Assembly (NCBI GenBank): GCA_008632985.1
Contig: QPGO01000014.1
Location: 696,289-760,288 of the forward strand
Direction: 5' to 3'
Length of the DNA stretch: 64,000 nt
Source: Psammoneis japonica
Lineage: Eukaryota
The notes below the pieces were generated by a model. It made no database searches. It had not been told where the DNA came from and saw only the letters and a program-made list of their open reading frames with translations. Positions 24,085 through 34,689 of this stretch are shown here, piece after piece. The translations under genes were made by a program, and so were the position numbers. How positions within the stretch are numbered: the stretch's first letter is position 1; each line of letters begins with the position of its first letter.

Positions 24085-27000
24085 ATGGAATTGCAGTCGT
24101 CGATTCCCAATCGCTCTGTTTTAAAATTTGTCGATCGTCACATGGTCTCCGATGTCACAATGGATGCAAGTGACGAGACCATGAGCAGGAACGAGATGCA
24201 CACCGAATTGGATTCGCATGCCAACATGGTTGTTGTCGGCAGAGGATCCCACGTCTTGAACAACACTGGTCGCACCGCCCAAGTCAGCCCGTTCAATCCA
24301 GAATGCAAATCGATGAAGGACGCAAGGATCATTGATGCGCTGCTGGCACACGACTGCCCGCATTTGTTGAAAACACATTTGTTGGTCCTTCACAATGCCT
24401 TGCATGTCCCGGCAATGGATCGCAACCTTCTGCCACCCTTTGTGCTGCGAGAAGCAGGGGTGACAGTCAACGACGTTCCCAAGATGCAGATCAGGGGACA
24501 AGAACCAACGGAGGATGACCATGCCTTGACACTCACGGATGTGAAGGTGCGGATTCCTCTGTCATTGTGGGGAGCATTTTCCTGCTTCCCAACCCGTTGT
24601 CCGACACTCCAGGAGATGAGAGACACCGAGGATGCACTGGTGCTCACTCCGTCTGGACACACCTGGAATCCTCACTCAGACTCCTGTGCGCGCAATGAAG
24701 AGAGCATGTTGGACTGGGAGGGGAACATGTCAGACAAACGAGACCGGGTGAAAATCCTGGTGGAGGATCTCCTGGACAAAGATGAAGAGATCTGACTCTC
24801 CTTGACCATGTCGAGTGTCGAGATGCGTTTGATTGATCACAACATGACGTTGGTTGACCATTTCGAAGTGCGGGATGACTTGAGTGGGACTCGTGAAACC
24901 ATTCGTGAGGTGGACAGTTCTCATGCTGTTCTGTGTGATCTCTCTGTCACTCTCGACCCCGTTGCACTTGTGGAGAACCTTCAGGATCGCCGCAATGTTG
25001 GAGTTTTTGCCGCTTCAGTTGGGTCCACGACAGTGGGACACGAAGATGACTCGGGTCAAGATGACAATGTCGACTTTGACATTTTCGAGGATGTCCAACT
25101 TGAAGACATTGTTGACGACCTTGTGGAGTGCTTCGAGTCAGACCCCGAGGTCAATGTTGGTGGGACCACGGCATCAAAGTCCAAGGGTGCATCCCCAGAG
25201 CATCTATCTAAGATCTGGCGGATGAGCACAAAGGATGCCGAGCGGACGATTGACAACACCACCCAACCACTGCGTCGCTCTGAGGACCCTGCTCTTCTTT
25301 GTGGACACCTTCTTTGCAAGTGAGAAGGCTGGAAAATCCACAAGGGGGCACTCGTGCATGCAACTGTTTGTTGCGGACAAAGGATTTGTCCATGTGGTTC
25401 CGATGCGTGCTCGATCAGAAATCCCTCAGGCTCTCAAAATGTTCACGAAAGAAGTGGGTGCACCAGAAGCGATCACATGTGACAGTGACTCGGCACAGAA
25501 GTCTGATGAAGTTCGACAATTCCTTCACTCTGTCGGCACCAGTCTACGTTTGCTGGAGGAAGGAACGCCATGGTCGAACCGTGCTGAATTGCACATTGGC
25601 CTGCTCAAGGAGGCCGTCCGGAAGGATGTGAAGGCCTCGCTGTGCCCTCTCCCATTCTGGGACTGCTGTTTTGAACGGCGAGCTTGGATCAACAACATGA
25701 CGGCTCACAACCCATTCCAACTTGAGGGGAGAAAGCCACACTTCTCCGCAACAGGGGAGGAGGGTGACATCTCAAACCTTGCCCAGTTTGGTTGGTGCGA
25801 ATGGTGTTACTTCCGCGAACACACTGACCCCTTCCCATTCAACCGAGAGGTCCTGGGTTGTGCACTGGGTCCGGCAAAAGGGGAGGGCAACAAGATGGCT
25901 CAGTGGGTGCTGAAGGGAAATGGCAACGTCGTCCCCAGGCGGTCCGTTCGACACTTGACAGCCACCGAACTCAACAGTGACACTGAGAAGTGCAAGCGCA
26001 ACATTTTTGATCAGTGTGTTGAGTCACGTTGGGGTTCTGCCACTCACCCTGTGTCGTCCACGGGAAAGCAGTGCACTCCGCATGGAGACATCAACGAGAA
26101 GCCCCGGGTCCTTCCAGAGTTTGATGATCCCGTGGATGCTGCAGGGAACGCTGCCGACCCCGTTCCACTGTGCGACAAGCTGATCCACGCCAAGGTTGCC
26201 CTTCCTCAGGGTGACAAGCTGCACAATGCCAAGGTCATTGGTCGCTCTGTGGATCCTGAAGGTCGCACCATGGGCTCTTACAATGACAACCCCATTGTGA
26301 ACACGCTTGTGTACAAAGTCAAGTTTCCTGACGGGGAGGTGAAGGAGCATGCGGCCAATGTAATCGCCAAGAATCTACTCTCTCAGGTCAACTCCAAAGG
26401 CTGCACACTCAACGTTTTTGACAGTGTCCTCGATTTTGCCAAGGATGACACCGCATTGACCAAGGACAACATGTGTGCCAAGGTTGGCAAACGGTCTTGT
26501 TTGCGTAAAACGACGTGCGGCTGGAAGTTCCTTGCGCTGTGGAAAGACGGATCTGAGTCGTGGGTTTCCTTGAAGGACATGAAGGAGTCCCATCCAGTGG
26601 AAATGGCCGAATTTGCCAAAGCGAGAGGCACAGATGATGAACCGGCTTTTCGATGGTGGACACCGCACACACTCCGGAAGCGTGATTGCATCATGTCAGC
26701 GGTCACGGCTCGTGTGCGGCGTGTCACTCACAAGCATGGAGTCAAGCTGCCCAACACTGTCAAGGAGGCACTCGAGCTTGACCGACAGAATGGTGACAAC
26801 CTGTGGGCAATGGCAATTGAGAAGGAGATGCGTGACGCGGGCCTTGCCTTTGAAACACTTGATGACGACACACCAACTCCTGTCGGTTGGTCCAAGCAAT
26901 CGGGTCACCTCATCTTTGATGTCAAGATGACCATGGCAAGGAAGGCTTGGTGGGTTCTAGATGGACACAAGACTTCCAATCCAGAGGGCTCAACGCACGC

Positions 27001-28450
27001 AGGTGTGGTTTTGCGTGAAAGTGTGCAAATTGCTCTAACACATGCTGCTTTGAACGACGTTGATGTCATGGTGGCGGATGTTCAGAATGCATGTCTGCAG
27101 GCCCCGTTGTCACAGAAGCATTGCATCACATGTGGCGCCAAGTTTGGCATCGAGAACGTGGGCAAGCGTGCCCTTGTTCGTCGTGCATTGTGTGGAGGCA
27201 AGTCAGCAGGACAAGACTTCTGGAATCATCTACAAGCCTGCATGTTGCATGTCGGATTCAAGCCTTGCAGAGCAGACCCTGATGTTTGGATGCGTGAAGC
27301 GCTCAAGGCGGATGGCAATGAGCATTGGGAGCACGTCCTGTTGCATGCGGACGATGTGTTGTGTGTCTCCAACAATGCTGAAAGGATTCTGCGGGAGGAA
27401 ATTGGCAAGCACTTTCTGCTGAAGGAGTCCTCAACAGGTCCTCCTAGCTTGCATCTGGGAGGTCATCTTTGCAGGGTGGAGCTTGAGAGTGGGACAAAGG
27501 CGTGGGCCTTCAGCTCTTTGCAATGGTCTCAGGCATCCGTGAAGAACGTAGAGACTCACCTGCTGGAGAAGGGAACGAAGCTGCCGTCCAAGGCTTCCAC
27601 CTCTCTCAGTGGCTCGCATCGTCCGGAGGTTGACACGACACCCAAACTGCAACCAGCGGAGGCAGCTCATCATCAATTGCTCATTGGTGTCTTGCATTGG
27701 ATGGTGGAGCTCGGTCGCGTTGATGTTTGTCTGGAAGTGTCCATGATGTCCTCTTGCCTTGCTCTGCCTCGAGAGGGACATCTTGCCCAGGTGCACCATG
27801 TCTTCACCCACCTCAAGAAGCATCACAATACGGAGATGGTGTTTGACCCCACCCATCCGGACATTGACGAAGAGTTGTTTGCACGTCGCGATTGGACTGC
27901 CTCCAAATTCGGTTTGGCCATGAAGGAGGAGATGCCTGCTGACATGCTCCAGGCCAGGGGATCAGGCATGGTCGTACGAGCCTTTGTCGATGCGGACCAT
28001 GCGGGTGACTCCATCACTCGTCGGTCCCGCACTGGATTTTTGATCCATCTGAATTTGGCGCCCGTCCATTGGATGTCGAAGAAGCAGACGAGCATCGAGA
28101 CGAGCTTGTTTGGATCAGAGTTTGCCAGCATGAAGCAGTGCATGGAGCACATCTGTGGGCTCCACTGCAAGCTTCGAATGATGGGGATCCCGGTCGTCGG
28201 ACCGGCCCATGTTCATGGAGACAACCAGTCTGTCCTGGCAAACACCTCTGTCCCCAACTCAACGTTGAAGAAGAAATGACACAGTCTGGCGTGCCACTTT
28301 GTTTGTGAGCATGCGGCCCGGGATGAGTGGCAAACAGCGCACGTCAATGCGCACCTCAATCCCAGCAATCTGTTGACCAAGGCGCTCCCTTCAGGGGAGA
28401 AGCGCAGTTGGTTCGTTAGAATGACATTGCACTGTCTTGGAGGGAAGGTG
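24085..28450 (+). pseudogene. pol: Copia pol (protease, integrase, RT, RNase H) with stops, a frameshift near 25295 and Tyr-to-Cys/His substitutions
   Basis: ELDSHANMVVVG (PR); TPWSNRAE (IN); ADVQNACLQAP, RALCGGKSAG, LLHADD (RT); FVDADHAGD, GSEF, GDNQSV, NPSNLLTK (RH). Confidence 0.92.
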
Positions 28451-28640
28451 GATTGGGCCGTGTCGGCTGAACCACCTGCCAGTGCGGAGGGTTTTGTTGG
28501 AGTTCCCTGCCGATGGAGTGGTTTTGTTTGGATTTTCCACTTGATGGGTGTTTGTGTGCAGTTTGCCATCGCATGGTGTTGACGAATCCCTTTGTTGGCA
28601 ATCTAGTTTGATGACACAATCAAGTCTAGATTGAGGGGAG

Positions 28641-28883
28641 TGTTTCAGTCTGCCTGTTGTTGGATTAGCGGGATTACCTCTACGGTGAAAAGCTGCTGCT
28701 CTGCAGTGCCAAGGGGGTGAGACATGTTTGTGAGTTCGTTTCCTGGAAAGTAAGACTTTGTGCGATGTCTACGACATTTCTAGGACATTAGCATAAGATC
28801 GAGAGGTCCACTCGAGGATCCTCTCACAATTCGAATAGATCACGTTTTGTTTGTTGATTTATTCTGTCGACACAGTTTTAGCA
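28641..28883 (+). repeat. 3' LTR (243 bp)
   Basis: Direct repeat of 22117-22361, preceded by a polypurine tract. Confidence 0.95.
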
Positions 28884-30399
28884 GGGGTCAGCATTGGGTG
28901 GCATCCTTGGCCATGCGTGCAACTTGACAGAGTGCTTTGTTGGTGACTTGATCAAAGAGGGGGAGCAAAGGTTGCTCTAGAGCTCCAGTGCTGAGCTCTG
29001 AGACGACAGAAGAGTTCGTTGATGGCAGTGCTTCAAGAGGTGTGAGGGCATGCGTGTCATGCAGGTCCAATGGAAGTGTCGGTGCCATGGTGGTCAGAGT
29101 GATGGCAGATCCAACAGGGTGTGCCTCATGAGAGGGCAAAGGAAAATGTCAGCGTCCTGGGGATCAGAGAATCTGGTGCAGGGCCAGCAGCATCAATGTG
29201 TGCATGCTGGAAGGCAGGGGCATGTTTGGGAAGATACAAAATTGTCATGGTGGAGGACAAGTCCATGCTGGAGTCACAGTTGTGACATGCAAGAGGCGGG
29301 GGACTGGTGTTGTCAGAGTCAATGGATTGAGCATCATCAACGACATGTTCAGTGTCAGAATCATCAAGCAGTTCCTGCAGGGACAGGGTTGGCATGGATC
29401 CATGAGTAGAAAGTGAAAAACAACAATCAAATGGGTCGGAGCTGAAAAATGAATCTTTTGAGGAGTCATCACAGGGCAACAGGTGTCATGATTTGAGTGA
29501 TGGGACAGAGTTGGACAAGGATGAATCACAGGAGAGCATGTCGTCATCACCAGTGCAAGCAGCACAAAAAACAATTTTGTTGTCTGTGGTTGGACATTGT
29601 TGCAGTGGGTCTTGGTGGTGTGACAGCAAGAGCAGTTTGTTTGTCTGCCTGCTGTAGCTCAGGGCATTGAGGATGAAGGTGCCCCTTTTTCTTGCAGTGA
29701 AAACAGGTGACTTTGCTCAAATCCCAAGTGGGCTTCTTGTCTGAAGGTGGCTTGGTTGTGCCATTCTTCAAGTCTTGAAGGCGGGAGCGACATTCAGTGG
29801 CGCCATGGTTCCATTTGCCACAACACAGTTGCAGCTCCTCAAGTGCCAAAATTTTCCAGAACATGATGCAATGTCCAACATGTCTGACTGGTGGGTCTTG
29901 TCCAAGTGTGTCCACAGCAAGGCACAGAGGGCTTTGTCAGCTGGTTCCAAAAGTGAACGGAGGGGGGGGGGGGGCAGATTGAAAATTGTCAAGGACACCA
30001 TTGAAGTCCAGAAAAGATGCAAAGGTTCTGCGCAAGTCATTCAGAAATGAGCAAAATTTTCGTCTTCTTGTGTGTGGATTCTGATTGTGATGCAGCATTC
30101 CAAGATTTGTGTGGGATGCATGCTTCATGAGTGAGTTGGCCAACAATTCCAAAGAGTGCTCTGTTGCACCAGTGGTGCAATTGAGATGCTTGGATGTGAT
30201 GGGTGAGTCGTCGGATGAAGAGCATCCTGATGGCAAGGAGTTGGGTGTCTGTCTTGGCAAGAGAGCAAGGCGGAACAGAAGTTTCATGTAGAGAGACTCG
30301 GCCTCTTGTGTCATGTCCTTGAAGCGGTCAAGTGCAAGGGTGCCAGGCTCACAAGCCGGGTGTTGGCAGAGGAGACTTTCAAAAGATGACTTGGCCAAG

Positions 30400-33040
30400 C
30401 CGACAATGTAATGCAGCTAAGCGGAGCATTTGTTTGCATGACAGAAAAACGGAATGAGAGCCCATTGGACATCAAAAAGGGCACCAATGGTCACGAGTTG
30501 AACTTGTGTGTTAATGTCGCTGTCCAAAGAGTCAGTGACATCGTGTGTGACTGAAGTTGTCAATGCCAGTGGAGGTGACATTTCAGCAGCTGGTGTTTGT
30601 GGCAGAGAAGCAAGTGCAGCAGTGAGTGCATCATCCATTTCGGTTGAGATGGGAGTGACAGCATGCATGAAACAGAGGATTCTCAGACTTGGAAGAAGAT
30701 GGGTCAACGTGTGACAGTGCTGGGGTTGCCTGATCCTCAGGAGAGGAAAGAAGCAGGAATTCTTCAGGAGGACCCAGCAACATGGCTGCGGCAGACACGA
30801 GTTTGTCCATGGGGAGTGTGGACCCCCCTTTCGTTGGAGCATCATTGTCATTGGAATGAACAGTCTCAACTGTTGCGCAGATAAAATGGGGTGACAAGGG
30901 ATGCTTGGAAGATTGATGTCCATTGTTTTCACATGTCCTTGGTTGGCCCTTGAAGTGGCAATCAACCTCTGGATTGGGGAAAGGCTTGGAATGGGTCATG
31001 CAATGACAATGGCGGCAGGAACGCAATGATCGGATTCCTGGTCAGGTGTCATCTGGATGGATTGCTTCAACTTGGAGCAATGACAATGTTTGCGGGGTTG
31101 TCTTCCAGAAATGTGAGCAGAAGTGGTGCTGGAGGCTGGCTCAGAAGGTTTCTGAATGCGGTTGTGCAAAGAGCCCAGATCAACCTCCAGAATGTCCAAA
31201 GAGTCATCAATGGATGTCAATTGGTCGTGGATCACACAGTCACAGACATTGTGCTTGGGGTCAGAAAAATCTTTTTTGCCATTGTCAACCTGTTCTAATG
31301 AAGTGTCAAGATGAGCATGAGAGTGCTGCAAGACACAACAGTTGGATTAGATCTTGATGGTCTCTATCTGGAGATGATCTGTGCAAAACTGGGCTTGGGC
31401 AAGGCACTCTTGGAGGGCACAGTGGATGCCAGCTTTGACTTCAGCAAGGTGAAGTTCCTCAGGAGTGGGCAAAGGAGAAGCCAGAGTGCACTTGACAGAG
31501 GCAATGGAGCGATTGATCACGCATTTGTTGTGACGTTGGATGGTCTTGGTGTGCTTGCAAGATGGCTGAATGGATCTGGCAGGGGTCTTGGGCAAAGACA
31601 CATCTTTGCCATTGTGCAGACCATGGACAGACAAGGGGGTGTGATGCTCAAAGTCCAGGTTGTTGGCTGATGTGTCAATGGTGCAATGGATGGTGCAACA
31701 AGAGCAATGAGTGGAGACCTTGTTGTGCTGCAAATTTAGGGTGGGTGTGCTCCTTGGTGGGTCGCTCATGCAATGGGTGCAATGATGACATGAAGAGCAC
31801 AAACCAGCATGCTGGACAACAGAGCCAGTGTCAACATTGTGACAATGGTCATGAGGATCAGCCATGGGGACATCATTGACAGAGCATCCGTGGACCTGAA
31901 AAAAACATCTTGCAAAGCAAGTGCGTGCAATGACGGCTTGCAAGAGGAAGCTTTGCGAGACGCACAACTGGCGCTCCGCTTGAAAGAAATGGTCTCGTCA
32001 GACCAAACCGGAAGTGTTGCAACCCTGACAGAAAAAGGGCAAGAGAAGGGTGCTCACCTGAAGGCAACTGAAGTGATCAAATCTGCGCACTGACAGGAGA
32101 GAGCAAGCCAAGGCCAGAAACATCCTGCAGCAAAGTGTGTTCTGGATGTTGTGAGAGATTCTGAGCCAGTCTCAGAAGAATCAAAGCCAGGATGGAAAAT
32201 GATGGATTCTGACAGGTTGATGAAACTCCATGGATTGAAGATACAATGTCTTCAGTCATGAGGTTCCAACATCAGAAGGGAACATGGAATCCCTGACAAA
32301 GGAGGGGTCGCAGGTGATGGGGGAATGTTGCTCAGCAGGACACCTGCTGAGGTCTTGTTGTTGTCACAGAAAGCTTCAATGTCAGTGCAGCAGTGCATGG
32401 TTCTTGCAATGTTCAAAAAGATGGAACAGAAAACAGATCAAAGACAGGACTCCTCTGCAGGCTCCCGCGTGGAAGGACAAAGTTTTTCGGCCAAAGACCG
32501 GCCCAGCAGCACAGTCAACTGGGGGTTTCCCATCAAGTGTGATTGTGCATCCCCAAAGGTCACACTGTCTTTGAGGACTGAATCATTGCTGCACCACACA
32601 CAAGGCACAACTCACCTGCAATCTGCTGGGATCCAGCCAAGTGTGCCTCATGCTCCAAAGCTGCACCCAAGGAGCTTGGGCTTGTGGTGGTGGTGCACAA
32701 ACATTTTACCTGGCTGTGCCACACCCCTGATGCAGCCCATGCTGAGTGCTCTCATCCAGTGCCAGTCATCTGCTCCTCCTGCCAAGAAGACTCACAAGAC
32801 CCAGCCATGCCAGCTGGGGCTCTCTGGGCATGGGAGTGCCCCAGCAGCTCAGGCTCTTCTTGCTGCCCACACCACCACCAGCAGCACCAGGTGTGCAGGA
32901 GCCAGTGCAGCGAAAGCAGCCAGCCCAGCCACCATTTCCCCTCTCCTCATGACAAAAGCATGGTGCTTCTTTCAAAATATCTTGATTCGCAAAAAGCTTC
33001 CTGAAAATCTGGGAGGGTGAGGCGGGTCGAAGGCAGAGAG
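30400..33040. mobile_element. Degenerate repeat-derived sequence, TpA/CpG depleted (may be the 5' part of the outer Copia)
   Basis: Compositional signature only. Confidence 0.5.
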
Positions 33041-33385
33041 AGAAACAGCTACTCTAGCTTCTACTAGAGAGTAGCCTGCCTCGCTCTGCGGTGATCCGGA
33101 ACAATCGTGACTGAATCATCAGTTATGTAAACTCATGACTCAGTCTCAAACGCAAAACGCAGCGGGTGGGCAGTGCCACCATGACACGTACCGTAACACT
33201 TTACAGCATTGCCGATTGCCGTTGTGTCATCAATCATTCATCAGAGCATCTTGCGTCAGCAAGAACGACCCATCCTCTGTGTAAACGAAACATGTCACAA
33301 ATAATTCACACCGTTAAGGTCATAAACTGAGAAAAGAAAACATCTCTCTCTCTCTCTCTCTCTTCCTCTCTCACACACCCGAAAC

Positions 33386-34612
33386 ATGTCGAAGAACAAC
33401 TGCAAGCACCGACGTCCCCGCCCTGCGCCTTCACTCGTGGTTATTTCCACCGTTCTTCTTCTAGTCTTGCATTCCGAAGCATTTGTTCCACACCATCAAG
33501 CTCCGAACCTAAGACCGTGGGGGAGTGAAAGAGTTTTCTATTCAGAGGCAATTGCACAACAAAATCAAGACACACCCTCACCTGAACAAGACGACGAGGT
33601 TGTTGCTGCGGTACGAGCTCCGCTCAAGTTTTTTGGTCCGTATCCAACCCTTGCTTTACGATTCCCGAACTTGGCCACAACGGCTCAACGAGCTAAAAAT
33701 GTCACGGGTGTCAGCCTAGATTTTATTGTAGATACGGCTGCCAATGTCAACACAATCAATGGAGCAGTCGCGCAAGAATTAGGCCTCGAGCAACAAGGAC
33801 AAGCTCTTCCAGGTGTCGGTTCCGCGGGGGCAATTCAAGGTGGAGACACGTACGTATTGGGTGATGCGGAATTGGAAGGAGTACTTGATGAAAATGATGA
33901 GCCCTTTGTGTTCATGACTAATTTGACTGCCTCGGCGTTGCCAGTAGCCAATCCTGCTACCGCCGGATTGTTGAGCATGGCGTTTCTTCAGTCCTTTGAG
34001 GGCGGTATAGAATTTTGTTGGGGGGGCAGCCATGGTGATTACGAAGCGAAGCCACCATCTCTAACTTTTTATGGCGATTCTGTTGAACAAATTCTTCAAG
34101 ATCGGACTCGCGTATCATTTGATCGAGCTCCAGTCACTCAACTGCCAATTGTGACCATCAATGTTAACGGAGTTTCCATGCCCGCCTTGTTGGATACGGG
34201 AAGTCCAGTGACGGTTCTCAATGCACAAGCCGCAAAGCAAGCTGGTGTTGAAGCCACCACTCTTCCCGCAGTGGAAAAATCAGGGAATCCCTTTTCCAGC
34301 TTTGCCAATCGTTTCCAACAAGCCCAAGCTGCGTCTCGCGGGGACGTCTTAACAATAATGGGAACTGACGGCAAACCAACCAATCTTGTAAAGTCTGCAG
34401 TACCTCCAACTGTATCGCTGGAGGCGAGTACGAATGATGGTAGCAATGTCGGCTTCGGGGAGACTCCTGTGTACGTTGGTGATTTACCTGGATTGGAGGC
34501 GCTCAAGGGACTGGGTGTCAATGCGCCACCGGCAGTAGTGTTGGGAATGGACATCCTGCGACAACGGCCAAAAATGCTGCTACGTGCTCAACAGAATGAA
34601 GTTTGGTTTTAG
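33386..34612 (+). CDS. Aspartyl protease with two retropepsin-like domains, probably plastid-targeted
   Basis: FIVDTAAN and ALLDTGS catalytic motifs, VVLGMDIL; hydrophobic signal ending SEA-FVP, like the diatom ASAFAP motif. Confidence 0.8.
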   Translation: MSKNNCKHRRPRPAPSLVVISTVLLLVLHSEAFVPHHQAPNLRPWGSERVFYSEAIAQQNQDTPSPEQDDEVVAAVRAPLKFFGPYPTLALRFPNLATTAQRAKNVTGVSLDFIVDTAANVNTINGAVAQELGLEQQGQALPGVGSAGAIQGGDTYVLGDAELEGVLDENDEPFVFMTNLTASALPVANPATAGLLSMAFLQSFEGGIEFCWGGSHGDYEAKPPSLTFYGDSVEQILQDRTRVSFDRAPVTQLPIVTINVNGVSMPALLDTGSPVTVLNAQAAKQAGVEATTLPAVEKSGNPFSSFANRFQQAQAASRGDVLTIMGTDGKPTNLVKSAVPPTVSLEASTNDGSNVGFGETPVYVGDLPGLEALKGLGVNAPPAVVLGMDILRQRPKMLLRAQQNEVWF

Positions 34613-34689
34613 AAAAAAGATCATTTAGCTGTTGCAATAAGATGTGGGTATTTTATGTTGTGTTAAGGTTACCAAACTAAGAGGAAAAT

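Larger units (their letters stand above)
22117..28883 (+). mobile_element. Full-length CoDi-like Ty1/Copia LTR retrotransposon, inactivated
   Basis: Two TG...CA LTRs, degenerate PBS (TGTCAGAGCC at ~22365), PPT GATTGAGGGGAG before the 3' LTR, GGGG on both flanks, gag then PR-IN-RT-RH. Confidence 0.95.
20300..30400 (-). mobile_element. Older degenerate Ty1/Copia element interrupted by the CoDi insertion
   Basis: Gag zinc knuckle CFHCKKKGHLHPQC (~29665-29710); protease WFVDSGASSHF (~22035-22075); integrase remnants FIRADS and HQQMNGTSER (~21120-21240) and DVHFDE (~20710); order gag-PR-IN; ends not defined. Confidence 0.75.

Noticed and set aside
25235..28279. Alternative genetic code or RNA recoding to explain the missing Tyr
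   Set aside because: Neighbouring host genes and the pogo transposase use TAY normally, and the non-coding LTRs show the same changes
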